From NCBI GenBank assembly GCA_041497895.1, contig JBGQHJ010000004.1:11888-75887 (forward strand): DNA of 64,000 bases, given 5' to 3'. The notes beneath the pieces were generated by a model. That model worked only from the letters and a program-made list of their open reading frames with translations. It ran no database searches and had not been told where the DNA came from. The DNA comes from Candidatus Methylomirabilia bacterium. Its GTDB lineage: Bacteria > Methylomirabilota > Methylomirabilia > Rokubacteriales > CSP1-6. Positions 37,581-46,421 of the stretch are shown here, one piece after another. The translations under genes were made by a program, and so were the position numbers. Every line of letters starts with the position of its first letter. Positions within the stretch are counted from its first letter, which is position 1.

Positions 37581-38314
37581 GCCGCCCGCCCCGCGTCCAC
37601 CGCGAGCCCGGCCCGGGCGTCCCGGGGGTGCTCGATCCGCTCGTCGCCGACCAGCTCGCCGTCGCGGAAGCTCAGCACGCGCTGCGCGAACTGCGCGATG
37701 TCGGGCTCGTGGGTCACGAGCACGATGGTGAGACCGGCCCGGTGCAGGTCCTGGACGACCGCCATGATCTCGGCGCTGGTGCGCGTGTCGAGGTTGCCGG
37801 TCGGCTCGTCGGCCAGGAGGAGGATGGGATCGTTGACGAGGGCGCGCGCGATCGCGACCCGCTGCTGCTGGCCTCCCGAGAGCTGCCCGGGCCGGTGCTG
37901 GGCCCACCGCTCGAGCCCGACCATCGCGAGCTTGCGCCGCGCCCGCTCCCGGCGCTCGCGCCCGGGGACATCCCCGTAGAGCAGCGGCATCTCCACGTTG
38001 GCCTGGGCCGTGATGCGCGGGAGCAGGTTGAACTGCTGGAACACGAAGCCGACGCGCCGGTGCCGGATGGCCGACAGCGCATCGTCGTCGAGGCTCGACA
38101 CGTCGCGGCCCTCCAGCAGGTACCGCCCCGCCGTCGGCGTGTCGAGGCACCCGAGAATCGTCATGAACGTCGACTTCCCGGAGCCGGACGGGCCCATGAC
38201 CGCCACCATCTCCCCGGCCCGGATCTCGACCGAGACGCCCCGCAGCGCGTGCACCGTGTGGTCGCCGAGGGAATAGTCCTTCGAGAGCCCCTGGGTCGTG
38301 ATCAGCGGAATCAG
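37577..38314 (-). CDS. MacB/LolD-type ABC ATPase; probable CTG start overlapping the upstream TGA
   Basis: GPSGSGKST, LSGGQQQR, LLADEPTGNLD; GAGGAGGAG SD 5 nt before the CTG. Confidence 0.9.
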   Translation of the reverse strand: MIPLITTQGLSKDYSLGDHTVHALRGVSVEIRAGEMVAVMGPSGSGKSTFMTILGCLDTPTAGRYLLEGRDVSSLDDDALSAIRHRRVGFVFQQFNLLPRITAQANVEMPLLYGDVPGRERRERARRKLAMVGLERWAQHRPGQLSGGQQQRVAIARALVNDPILLLADEPTGNLDTRTSAEIMAVVQDLHRAGLTIVLVTHEPDIAQFAQRVLSFRDGELVGDERIEHPRDARAGLAVDAGRAA

Positions 38315-38514
38315 TCGAGCTCCTCCTCGGAGCGCCCGCAGTGGTCGCAGCGGGTCGCCGGCCAGTCGGTCCCTGCAGCGTCTTCCTCGCCGGAGGCGGC
38401 GTGGATCAGCCCGCCGCAGGGGCAGGGCTCCGGATACTCCTCCAGGCACTCCGGGCATCTCGCGTCGCCCACGACGTGCGTCGTCTCGTCGCCGATCACG
38501 AACAGCTCAGGCAT
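38311..38514 (-). CDS. Small acidic Cys-rich hypothetical protein (67 aa)
   Basis: SD GGAGG; CPEC, CPC, H, CDHC; fills the operon gap exactly. Confidence 0.7.
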   Translation of the reverse strand: MPELFVIGDETTHVVGDARCPECLEEYPEPCPCGGLIHAASGEEDAAGTDWPATRCDHCGRSEEELD

Positions 38515-38528
38515 GGTGCCCGCCTCCC

Positions 38529-38966
38529 TCACCGGCAGACCAGCACCGGGATCTTGCTGTGGGTGAGCACCTTCATCGTCTCGCTGCCGAGCACCAGGGC
38601 CGACATGCCCTTCCGCCCGTGGGAGGCCATGAAGATCAGGTCGCAGCCCCCCTTGCGGGCGGTGTCGATGATCGCCTCGTAGGGGTGGGGCGCCCGGACG
38701 TGGAGCGTCTCGCAGGGCACGCCCGCGACGCTCGCCTCGGCCTTGGCCATCCCGAGACACTTCTCGGCCAGCGCCTCGCAGTGCTGCTCGTACTGCCCGG
38801 GGGTGTCGCTCACCATGACCGGATCGAGCGCGAAGGCGTGGAACGGGATCGAGACGGTCATCGCGGTCACCCGCGCCTGCATGCTCTTGGCGAAGAGAAT
38901 GCCTTGCCGGATCGCCAGCTCGGACAGCGTGGACCCATCGGTGGGGATCAGGATGTGCTTGTACAT
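38529..38966 (-). CDS. Universal stress protein
   Basis: MYKHILIPTDGS, DLIFMASHGRKG, LGSETMKVL. Confidence 0.93.
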   Translation of the reverse strand: MYKHILIPTDGSTLSELAIRQGILFAKSMQARVTAMTVSIPFHAFALDPVMVSDTPGQYEQHCEALAEKCLGMAKAEASVAGVPCETLHVRAPHPYEAIIDTARKGGCDLIFMASHGRKGMSALVLGSETMKVLTHSKIPVLVCR

Positions 38967-39619
38967 GTGGAGCCTCCTTCGGGCCAGCCCTCGGCCCCGA
39001 TCAGTGGGACGAATGCCACGTACTCCAGGTTCTCGTGCTCGTACTCGTGTGCGTCGGTCCGGGTCACCCGGACGAGCCGCTGGCTGCGCGGGTCCGTGCC
39101 CACCGGCATGATCAGCCGGCCGCCGACCGCGAGCTGGTGCAGGAGAGCCTTGGGCACGCGCGGCCCACCCGCGGTCACCAGGATCGCTTCATAGGGGGCG
39201 TGCTCGGGCCAGCCCAGGCTGCCGTCGCCCTCGAGCACGTGGACGTTGTCGTATCCGAGCTCCGCCAGCCGCCGGCGCGCCGTCTCGGCCAGCTCCCCGA
39301 CCCGCTCGACCGTGTACACCTCGCCCGCGATCCGGGCCAGGACCGCCGCGCCATAGCCGGAGCCGGTCCCGATCTCGAGCACCCGCTCGCCGGGCTTGAT
39401 CCCGACCGCCGCGGTCATGACCGCCACGATGTACGGCTGCGAGATGGTCTGGCCCTTGCCGATCGGCAGCGGGCCGTCGTCATAGGCGAACCGCTCCATC
39501 GAGGCGGGCACGAAGCGCTCCCGCGGGACGGTCCGCATCGCGTCGAGCACGAGCGGATCGGTGATGCCCCGGGCCTCGATCTGGGTCGCGACCATGCGCT
39601 CCCGGTCCTCGCTCAGCAT
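38948..39619 (-). CDS. pcm: Protein-L-isoaspartate O-methyltransferase
   Basis: GQTISQPY, VLEIGTGSGY, GDGSLGW, VAFVPL. Confidence 0.94.
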   Translation of the reverse strand: MLSEDRERMVATQIEARGITDPLVLDAMRTVPRERFVPASMERFAYDDGPLPIGKGQTISQPYIVAVMTAAVGIKPGERVLEIGTGSGYGAAVLARIAGEVYTVERVGELAETARRRLAELGYDNVHVLEGDGSLGWPEHAPYEAILVTAGGPRVPKALLHQLAVGGRLIMPVGTDPRSQRLVRVTRTDAHEYEHENLEYVAFVPLIGAEGWPEGGSTCTSTS

Positions 39620-39651
39620 CGGAGCATCACCTCCCGCTCGTCCGGATCCGG

Positions 39652-40092
39652 CTACTCGGCCTTGATCGGGATCATCGTGCCCTTGGCCGCCGGCGTCTTG
39701 GGCAGGGTCACGGTCAGCAGGCCATTCTTGAAGCTCGCGGTCACCCGGCTCGCGTCCACCGCCACCGGCAGGCGCACGCTGCGGGTGAACGACCCGTAGG
39801 TCCGCTCCACGCGGTGATAGCGCTCGTCCTTCTCTTCCTTCTCCTGCTTCTTCTCCCCCTTGATGGTCAGGAGGTTCTCCTGGAGCGAGATCTGGATGTC
39901 CTTCTCTTCCATGCCGGGCGCCTCGATCTTCGCGACCAGGCTGTCCTTCGTCTCCGAGATGTCCATGCTCGGAGCCCAGTCACCGAGCGCCGGGAAGTCC
40001 TCCCACTTGCTCTCGAAGACCCGGTCGAACGCCCGATCCATCTCCTGCTTCAGACTCGCCATCCCCGTCCACGGCATCAACATGCGCATCAT
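39652..40092 (-). CDS. Hsp20 small heat-shock protein (paralog of 7339-7770)
   Basis: PSMDISET, ERTYGSFTRSVRLP, FKNGLLTVTLPK. Confidence 0.94.
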   Translation of the reverse strand: MMRMLMPWTGMASLKQEMDRAFDRVFESKWEDFPALGDWAPSMDISETKDSLVAKIEAPGMEEKDIQISLQENLLTIKGEKKQEKEEKDERYHRVERTYGSFTRSVRLPVAVDASRVTASFKNGLLTVTLPKTPAAKGTMIPIKAE

Positions 40093-40145
40093 CGATCCTC
40101 CTCTTGGCGAGAACGTTCCTCTCAACCTACCCGCCGGGCTCCAGG

Positions 40146-40161
40146 TGCATCGTGAGTGCCA
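40146..40161 (-). promoter_or_regulatory. sigma54 promoter P7 (hsp20-pcm-usp...ppsA-cytochrome c)
   Basis: Minus strand TGGCAC-TCACG-ATGCA; IHF-like ATTCAACCGCTTG at 40178-40190. Confidence 0.87.
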
Positions 40162-40213
40162 GGTAGAAGCCGCGCCAATTCAACCGCTTGGCGCGGGCGC
40201 GCGGACGAGTTGC

Positions 40214-40250
40214 CGAGGCACGCGCGCCCCGGTGAGGCCCGCCCGCCCCA
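40214..40250. promoter_or_regulatory. Tandem palindromic enhancer U6 between divergent P7 and P8
   Basis: CGAGG-cacgcgcg-CCCCG g TGAGG-cccgcccg-CCCCA. Confidence 0.8.
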
Positions 40251-40291
40251 GCGCGTGACGCCGGAAGGCCCGATCTAGCGAGCATTTCCAT

Positions 40292-40307
40292 CGGCATCTG
40301 CCTTGCA
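40292..40307 (+). promoter_or_regulatory. sigma54 promoter P8 (CBS-ACP/FAAL/acyltransferase-HdeD)
   Basis: CGGCAT-CTGCC-TTGCA. Confidence 0.78.
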
Positions 40308-40348
40308 CCACGATGGGCCGACCCACTCTCACTCACAGGAGGAATGCC

Positions 40349-40771
40349 ATGCTCGGGAAGATCTGCACCAAGCCAGTGGTGACCGCGTCGGCCCAGATGA
40401 CGGTGGATCAAGCCGCGCGAGCGATGCGATCCAAGAACGTCGGATCCCTCGTGGTCGTCAACGCCGGACGGCCGGTCGGGATGCTGACCGACCGGGACAT
40501 CGTCGTCGAGGTCGTGGCCCGCGGGATGGATCCCGAGGAGGTCCGGGTCGGCGACGTCATGGTCAAGAAGCCGGTGACGATCCGGCAGGATCTCGGGATC
40601 TTCGACGCGGCCAGGACTTTCGCCAAGACCGGCGTCCGCCGGCTCCCCGTCGTCACCGGCAGTGGCGCGCTGGTCGGCGTCATCACGATGGACGACGTGC
40701 TCATGCTCCTCGGCAACGAGATGGGCCACATGGCCGGGGCCCTCTCGGCCGGGCTTCGCCGGGTCTCGTAG
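40349..40771 (+). CDS. CBS-pair domain protein (Hrp1-like)
   Basis: SD AGGAGG; VGSLVVV, GMLTDRDIV, VRRLPVV, GVITMDD. Confidence 0.9.
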   Translation: MLGKICTKPVVTASAQMTVDQAARAMRSKNVGSLVVVNAGRPVGMLTDRDIVVEVVARGMDPEEVRVGDVMVKKPVTIRQDLGIFDAARTFAKTGVRRLPVVTGSGALVGVITMDDVLMLLGNEMGHMAGALSAGLRRVS

Positions 40772-40789
40772 GCCCGGCGAAGCGCGACC

Positions 40790-43639
40790 GTGCTGGCCGC
40801 GGACGCGATCCGGCAGGACCCGCGGGCGGTCGCGCGCGACGTCCTCGGCATCGTCTCGGTGCTCGTCGACGAGCTCGGCGGCCGGTCCGGCGACCGGCCG
40901 GTCGGGCTCGACGACGCGCTCGACCGAGACCTCGGCATCGGCAGCCTCGAGCGGGTCGAGCTGCTGGTGCGGCTCGAGCAGCGCTACGGAATACGTCTGC
41001 CCGACGCGGTGATGGCGGAGGCGGTCAGCCCGCGCGATCTGGTCACCGCCATCCAGGGCGCCGAGCCCCCGGGGGTCGAGACCATGCCGCCGCCTCGCGC
41101 GCCGGTCGGCGAGGCCACTCCGGCGCCGGCACAAGCGAGATCGCTCGTCGAGGCGCTCGACTGGCACGCCCACGCCTCGCCCGAGCGCGTTCACATCTTC
41201 CTGCGGGACGACGATGGGAAGGAGCGGCCGATCACCTATGGCTCGCTCTGGCAGCGGGCGCACGCGGTCGCGGCCTCCCTGCGAGAGCGGAAGCTCGGCC
41301 GGGGCGACACGGTGGCGATCATGCTCAGGACCGAAGAGGCCTTCTTCCACGCCTTCTTCGGGGTCTTGCTCACCGGGGCGGTGCCCGTGCCCATCTACCC
41401 GCCGTTCCGGCGCGACCTGATCGAGGACTACGCCCGTCGCCAGACCGGCATCCTGCGGAACTCGGCCGCGCGAGCGATCATCACGTTCCCGGAGGCCCTC
41501 CGCGTGGCCACGCTGCTCCGCTCCCGCGTGCCGTCGCTGTGGCACGTCGTGGCCGCCCCCGACCTCGCGCGGTCCGGGGGGCCCGGCGCCAGCGAGCGCG
41601 GGGGATCGGGGGACCCCGCGTTGATCCAGTACACCTCCGGGAGCACCGGGGAGCCCAAGGGCGTGCTGCTCTCCCATGGGAACCTGCTCGAGAACCTCCG
41701 GGCGATCGGCGAGGCGATCCGGGTGCGTCCCGACGACGTCGCCGTGAGCTGGCTGCCGCTCTACCACGACATGGGTCTGATCGGATCCTGGCTGGGCGCG
41801 CTCTATTTCGGCATCCCGATCGCGATCCTCTCCCCGCTGGCCTTTCTCGCCCGTCCCGCCCGGTGGCTGCAGGCCATCCACGCCCACCGCGCCACCATCT
41901 CCGCCGCTCCGAACTTCGCCTTCGATCTGTGCGCCCGGCGGCTGACCGACGAGGAGGTCGGTGGCCTCGATCTGTCGTCGTGGCGCCTCGCGCTCAACGG
42001 CTCGGAGCCGGTCAGCCCGGCGACGATCGACCGGTTCACCCTGCGCTTCGGCCCGCGGGGGTTCAGGGCGAGCGCGATGTGCCCGGTCTACGGGCTCGCC
42101 GAGGCCTCGGTGGCCCTCACGATCCCGCCGCCGGGGGCCCCGCGTGTGGACACGATCGGCCGGACGACCTTCCAGGAGGCGGGCCGGGCCGTCCCCGCCG
42201 CGCCGGACGAGCCGGCGCCGTTGCGCTTCGTCTCGTGCGGCCCGCCCCTGCCGCGACACGAGGTGCGCGTGGTCGATCGGGCGGGCCGGCCGCTCGGCGA
42301 GCGGGTCGAGGGCCGGATCGAGTTTCGCGGCCCCTCGGTCACCGACGGCTACTGGCGGAACCCGGCCGCGACCCGGGCGGCGCGACACGACGGGTGGATG
42401 GATTCGGGAGACCTGGGTTACTGGGCCGACGGCGAGCTGTACGTCACCGGGCGGCAGAAGGATCTCATCATCAAGGCGGGACGCAATCTCTACCCGCAGG
42501 AGGTCGAGGACATCGTGGGCGCCGTCCCGGGCATCCGGAAGGGCTGCGTGGCCGCCTTCGGCGTCCACGACCCGAGCGTGGGAACCGAGCGGCTGGTGGT
42601 CGTCGCGGAGACCCGGACGCGCCCGGGCCCCGAGCGGGAGCAGCTCCGGGCCGCGGTGATGGACCGGGTGGTGGCCGCGCTCGGGATCCCGGCCGACGTG
42701 GTCGTGATCGCGGATCCCCACGCCGTGCTCAAGACCTCCAGCGGCAAGGTCCGGCGCAGCGCGACCCGCGCCGTCTACGTGAAGGGCACCCTGGGCCGCC
42801 CGGGGCGGACGGTCGCGGCGCAGTGGGCGCGCCTGCTCCTGGGCGATCTCGGGGCGCGGGCGGGCCGGGCCGCCGGCCGGCTGCCCGCTCTCGTCCGCGC
42901 CGGCTACCTGGGCTCACTGCTCCTGCTCACCGTCCCGCCGCTCTGGCTGGCCGTGCGCCTCGCCCCGACCGGCCCCACGGCCGACCGGATGGTCCGAGGC
43001 TGGTGTCGCCTGATGCTCACGGCCTCCGGCTGCTCGCTTCGGCTGGAGGGAGCCGACCACCTCTCCGCGCGCGGACCGCTCGTGCTGGCCGCGAACCACG
43101 GGAGCTACCTGGACGTGGTCGCGCTCCTCGCGACCTTGCCGATCCCGTTCCGGTTCGTGGCCAAGCAAGAGCTCGTCACCACGCCGGTCGTGGGAAGCAT
43201 CATCCGCAAGGTCGGACACCTGACCGTGGAGCGCGGGCCGACCTCTCGCAGCGTGGCCGACGCCCTACGGGTGACCCGGGCCCTGCGCGACGGCTTCTCG
43301 GTGCTGGTGTTCCCGGAGGGCACGTTCGTGCGGGCGCCGGGCATCCTGCCGTTCCGCCTGGGCGGCTTCAAGGCGGCGGTGGAGACCGGGTGCCCGGTCA
43401 TCCCGGTCACGATCCGGGGAACCCGCGAGATCCTGCCCGATGACAGCTGGCTCCCACGCCCCGGGCCGGTCACGGTGGCGGTCGGTGCCCCGATCGCCCC
43501 CGAGCGTGATGGCTGGCCGGCCATGGTCCGCCTGCGCGACCGCAGCCGGGCCGAGATCATCCGCCGCTCGGGCGAGCCGGCAGTCGACCGCCACCAGATC
43601 CTCCCACCCCAACCCGGAGACCAAGATGATCAGCGATAG
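40790..43639 (+). CDS. ACP + fatty acyl-AMP ligase-like adenylation domain + PlsC acyltransferase fusion
   Basis: LGIGSLERVEL (Ppant Ser); QYTSGSTGEPKG, SWLPLYHDMGLIG, KTSSGK; NHGSYLD and FPEGT. Confidence 0.88.
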   Translation: MLAADAIRQDPRAVARDVLGIVSVLVDELGGRSGDRPVGLDDALDRDLGIGSLERVELLVRLEQRYGIRLPDAVMAEAVSPRDLVTAIQGAEPPGVETMPPPRAPVGEATPAPAQARSLVEALDWHAHASPERVHIFLRDDDGKERPITYGSLWQRAHAVAASLRERKLGRGDTVAIMLRTEEAFFHAFFGVLLTGAVPVPIYPPFRRDLIEDYARRQTGILRNSAARAIITFPEALRVATLLRSRVPSLWHVVAAPDLARSGGPGASERGGSGDPALIQYTSGSTGEPKGVLLSHGNLLENLRAIGEAIRVRPDDVAVSWLPLYHDMGLIGSWLGALYFGIPIAILSPLAFLARPARWLQAIHAHRATISAAPNFAFDLCARRLTDEEVGGLDLSSWRLALNGSEPVSPATIDRFTLRFGPRGFRASAMCPVYGLAEASVALTIPPPGAPRVDTIGRTTFQEAGRAVPAAPDEPAPLRFVSCGPPLPRHEVRVVDRAGRPLGERVEGRIEFRGPSVTDGYWRNPAATRAARHDGWMDSGDLGYWADGELYVTGRQKDLIIKAGRNLYPQEVEDIVGAVPGIRKGCVAAFGVHDPSVGTERLVVVAETRTRPGPEREQLRAAVMDRVVAALGIPADVVVIADPHAVLKTSSGKVRRSATRAVYVKGTLGRPGRTVAAQWARLLLGDLGARAGRAAGRLPALVRAGYLGSLLLLTVPPLWLAVRLAPTGPTADRMVRGWCRLMLTASGCSLRLEGADHLSARGPLVLAANHGSYLDVVALLATLPIPFRFVAKQELVTTPVVGSIIRKVGHLTVERGPTSRSVADALRVTRALRDGFSVLVFPEGTFVRAPGILPFRLGGFKAAVETGCPVIPVTIRGTREILPDDSWLPRPGPVTVAVGAPIAPERDGWPAMVRLRDRSRAEIIRRSGEPAVDRHQILPPQPGDQDDQR

Positions 43640-44195
43640 GCCCCACGGACACTTCCTTCTCGTCACGCTCGGCAAGAACTGGTGGATGATCGTTGCCCGG
43701 GGCGCGCTCGCGATCCTGTTCGGCGCCCTGCTCCTTCTCCGGCCTGCCACGTCCCTGAACGTGCTGGTCGCGTTCTTCGGTGTCTACGCGCTGCTCGACG
43801 GCGGCTGGGCTATCGCGTCGGCCCTCTGGGTCACACGGACGCCCTTCGCGGCCTGGCCGGTCCTGTTCGAGGGCGCGGTGAGCGTCGCGGTGGGTGGGCT
43901 CGCCCTGGCGTGGCCGCTCGTACCCCGCGAGCTGGTGCTCGCCATCGCCACCTGGGGTCTCCTCACCGGGGCCCTTGAGATCACCGCGGCCGTCCGCCTG
44001 CCCCGCCGGGGAGCCGGCTACTGGCTGCTGGCGACGGGCGGCGTGTTCTCGCTGTTCCTGGCCGTGGTCATCCTGATCCTGCCCCACGCCGCGCAGCCGT
44101 CGGTCGTCCGTGCCCTGGGCATCTACGCGCTCGGCTTCGGCGCCCTGCTGGTGGCGGTGGCCTTCTCGCTCCGGAGGACGCTGCCGGCACGGTGA
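43626..44195 (+). CDS. HdeD/DUF308 family membrane protein
   Basis: KNWWMIVARGALAILFG..., about six TM segments. Confidence 0.8.
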   Translation: MISDRPHGHFLLVTLGKNWWMIVARGALAILFGALLLLRPATSLNVLVAFFGVYALLDGGWAIASALWVTRTPFAAWPVLFEGAVSVAVGGLALAWPLVPRELVLAIATWGLLTGALEITAAVRLPRRGAGYWLLATGGVFSLFLAVVILILPHAAQPSVVRALGIYALGFGALLVAVAFSLRRTLPAR

Positions 44196-44262
44196 TCCGG
44201 TGAGCGGCGCCCCGATCTCCGCGGGCGGCATGGCTCGGGGACCAGGGCGCCACGGCCCGGCG

Positions 44263-44739
44263 TCACATCACGGCTTCACGCGACCTGCGTCGCGCCACCT
44301 CCGCCTCCGTGGTCCGCATCAGCAACACGGGGATCTCCGCCTCCCGCAGCACGGCCTCGGCCACCGACCCGAAGATCAGGCGTCCGAGGCCGCCACGGCC
44401 GTGGGTGGACATCGCGATGAGATCGGCCCCGGCCGCACGCGCGGCCGCCACGATCTCCTCGGCCGGCCCGCCGCTGCGCACCGCGGTCGTGACACGCACG
44501 CCCTTGTTCCGAAGCTCGACCGCCACCGGGGCGAGGTACTCCTCCGCGTCGATCCGCCGCGCGGCCGGGTCCTCGGCCGACAGGTATGGCGAGCCCTCGA
44601 GCACCATCGGCGGGAGGGGCTGGAGGACGCGGAGGAGGGTCACCTCCAGGTCCAGGGGCCCGGCGATGTCCAGGATGAACGGGATGATGGTCTCGGCCAC
44701 CGGAGAGCCATCGAGTGCGACCAGTGCGCGCTTGTACAT
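44263..44739 (-). CDS. Universal stress protein
   Basis: LVALDGS, DLIAMSTHGRGG, FGSVAEAVLR. Confidence 0.93.
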   Translation of the reverse strand: MYKRALVALDGSPVAETIIPFILDIAGPLDLEVTLLRVLQPLPPMVLEGSPYLSAEDPAARRIDAEEYLAPVAVELRNKGVRVTTAVRSGGPAEEIVAAARAAGADLIAMSTHGRGGLGRLIFGSVAEAVLREAEIPVLLMRTTEAEVARRRSREAVM

Positions 44740-44835
44740 CGTCGTCTCCTCTAGGCTGGTTCAGGGTCGTTGCTATTTGAACTTCGCGATGGCGCTCCGC
44801 AGGGCCGGCGGCCCTGTCGCCCGTGGCTCATGGAG

Positions 44836-44851
44836 TGCATGGGCGATGCCG
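44836..44851 (-). promoter_or_regulatory. sigma54 promoter P9 (usp)
   Basis: Minus strand CGGCAT-CGCCC-ATGCA; IHF-like AATCGAGGTCCTG at 44869-44881. Confidence 0.68.
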
Positions 44852-44914
44852 AGGGGGAAGGCCAGGAAAATCGAGGTCCTGGGAATCTCGCCGCCCCGCC
44901 CGAGACCGAGCGGG

Positions 44915-44952
44915 CGAGGCGCCACCGCCTCTCGTGGGTCGGCCGCGCCACG
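44915..44952. promoter_or_regulatory. Tandem palindromic enhancer U7
   Basis: CGAGG-cgccaccg-CCTCT cg TGGGT-cggccgcg-CCACG. Confidence 0.65.
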
Positions 44953-45003
44953 CCTGGCCCTTCCGGGCCGGGCATGGCAAGCTGCCCCAGCCCCATGTCC
45001 ACC

Positions 45004-45513
45004 ATGGCCACCTGCCTGTCGCGCGTCGGCCGACTCGTGTATTTCATGGCTCCGGCCTACATCGCCAACATGACCCCGCCCCTCGTCCGTTACTGGCGGG
45101 GATGGAACCGGCCGATCAGCGTGCGGTGGCTCGGCAGTCACAAGACCGTGGTCGGCTTCGGGGCGGGCGTCCTCGCGGCGGTGGTCGTCACGCTCGCCCA
45201 GTCGCACATCGCCTGGCCGGGCGGGCTCGTCGCGCACGACCGCTGGCTCGCGCTCGGTCTTCGATTCGGCGCCGGGGCCATGGCGGGCGACGCCGCGAAG
45301 AGCTTCGTGAAGCGCCGCCTGGGAATCGCCCCGGGCAAGCCCTGGATCCCATGGGACCAGGTGGACTTCGTACTCGGGGCGCTCATCCTGGTCTGGGGTC
45401 AGGCGGCCCTGTCATGGTCCGACGTGGCGATCATCCTGCTCCTGAGCGCCACGGGTCACATCCTGGCGAGCCACGTGGGCTACTGGATCGGGGTGCGGGA
45501 CGTGAAGTGGTAG
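45004..45513 (+). CDS. CarS-like (CDP-archaeol synthase/DUF46) cytidylyltransferase
   Basis: PAYIANMTP, GSHKTVVG, GDAAKSFVKRRLG, WDQVDF; start could be 44995. Confidence 0.78.
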   Translation: MATCLSRVGRLVYFMAPAYIANMTPPLVRYWRGWNRPISVRWLGSHKTVVGFGAGVLAAVVVTLAQSHIAWPGGLVAHDRWLALGLRFGAGAMAGDAAKSFVKRRLGIAPGKPWIPWDQVDFVLGALILVWGQAALSWSDVAIILLLSATGHILASHVGYWIGVRDVKW

Positions 45514-45525
45514 ATCCGGGAGGAT

Positions 45526-45723
45526 CTACCCCTTCTTGACCTTGGGCTTGGTGACGCCCCACAGCACGCGCGGTCCCTCGGCGGCCTGGTGAATCGTCGT
45601 GTCCTTGCGGAAGGCGGCCCGGGCGCTCTTCATCCGCCGCGCGACACGCGGGGCCAGCACCCGCACCTCGGGAGGCCGACCCGCCTTGCGGGAACGAGAC
45701 GCCCCGGTCTTCGCCTTTGCCAT
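45526..45723 (-). CDS. Small, very basic hypothetical protein (65 aa)
   Basis: SD AGGAGG; Lys/Arg-rich; follows the CBS gene on the same strand. Confidence 0.65.
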   Translation of the reverse strand: MAKAKTGASRSRKAGRPPEVRVLAPRVARRMKSARAAFRKDTTIHQAAEGPRVLWGVTKPKVKKG

Positions 45724-45747
45724 CACGTCCTCCTGTGGCCGTTGCTG

Positions 45748-46272
45748 CTACCACATGTAGCCGCCGACGAACTCGGCGACCCGGCCCTCCATCATGAGGG
45801 CCTTCAGCACGTCCTGCTCGGTGAGCAGGCCGACGAGCCGGCCGCGCTCGATGACCGGCAGGCTGCCCACGCGGCTCTCGAACATGATGAGGGCCGCGGA
45901 GAGCACCGGGGTCTCCGGAGCCGTCGTGACGACGGCCCACGTCATCACGTCCCTCACCCGCAGGTTCTCCAGGGTCTCGCCCAGCTGCCGCGCGAGCCGT
46001 CGGGCCCGGACCGAGAGGTATTCCTGCACCGCGGGCGCGAAGGCGGCGTGCCGCAGGTCGCGGTCGGTGACGATTCCCATCAGCGCTCCCTTTTCATCCA
46101 CGACCGGCAGGTGACGAACGTGCTTCGTCCGCATGACGTCCAGCGCCGTGCCCACGGCCGCTTCCGGCTCGATCGTCAGCGGGTCCTTGGCCATCACGTC
46201 CCTGACCTTCATCTTGTGCTCCCTTCGCCGGACCGAACGCCTGGCACTGCGGGTCCGTCGGGCTCGGGTCAT
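45748..46272 (-). CDS. CBS-pair protein, probably with an Arg-rich N-terminal extension (alternative start 46212)
   Basis: MKVRDVMAKDP, VRHLPVV, GIVTDRD, VGSLPV; in-frame ATG at 46272 with GGAGGAG. Confidence 0.88.
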   Translation of the reverse strand: MTRARRTRSARRSVRRREHKMKVRDVMAKDPLTIEPEAAVGTALDVMRTKHVRHLPVVDEKGALMGIVTDRDLRHAAFAPAVQEYLSVRARRLARQLGETLENLRVRDVMTWAVVTTAPETPVLSAALIMFESRVGSLPVIERGRLVGLLTEQDVLKALMMEGRVAEFVGGYMW

Positions 46273-46302
46273 GGCTCGATCGCTCCTCCGCTTCCCTGAG
46301 AG

Positions 46303-46318
46303 TGCATCCGGCCTGCCA
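46303..46318 (-). promoter_or_regulatory. sigma54 promoter P10
   Basis: Minus strand TGGCAG-GCCGG-ATGCA; IHF-like AACCGGGATGTTA at 46345-46357. Confidence 0.78.
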
Positions 46319-46379
46319 ACGCCCCACGTCTGCGACCGCTTCCGAACCGGGATGTTAGCCGCGATCTCCCGGGGCCCGC

Positions 46380-46417
46380 TGGGTCTGCGGCTCCCCGGCT
46401 GAGGCGTTCCGGCCCCA
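46380..46417. promoter_or_regulatory. Tandem palindromic enhancer U8
   Basis: TGGGT-ctgcggct-CCCCG gc TGAGG-cgttccgg-CCCCA. Confidence 0.8.
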
Positions 46418-46421
46418 GGAG

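Noticed and set aside
44970..44986. sigma54 promoter for the CarS-like gene (GGCATGGCAAGCTGC)
   Set aside because: The GG-to-GC spacing is one base too long.
44751..45047. 98-aa ORF upstream of the USP
   Set aside because: It spans promoter P9 and enhancer U7 and has no protein-like features.
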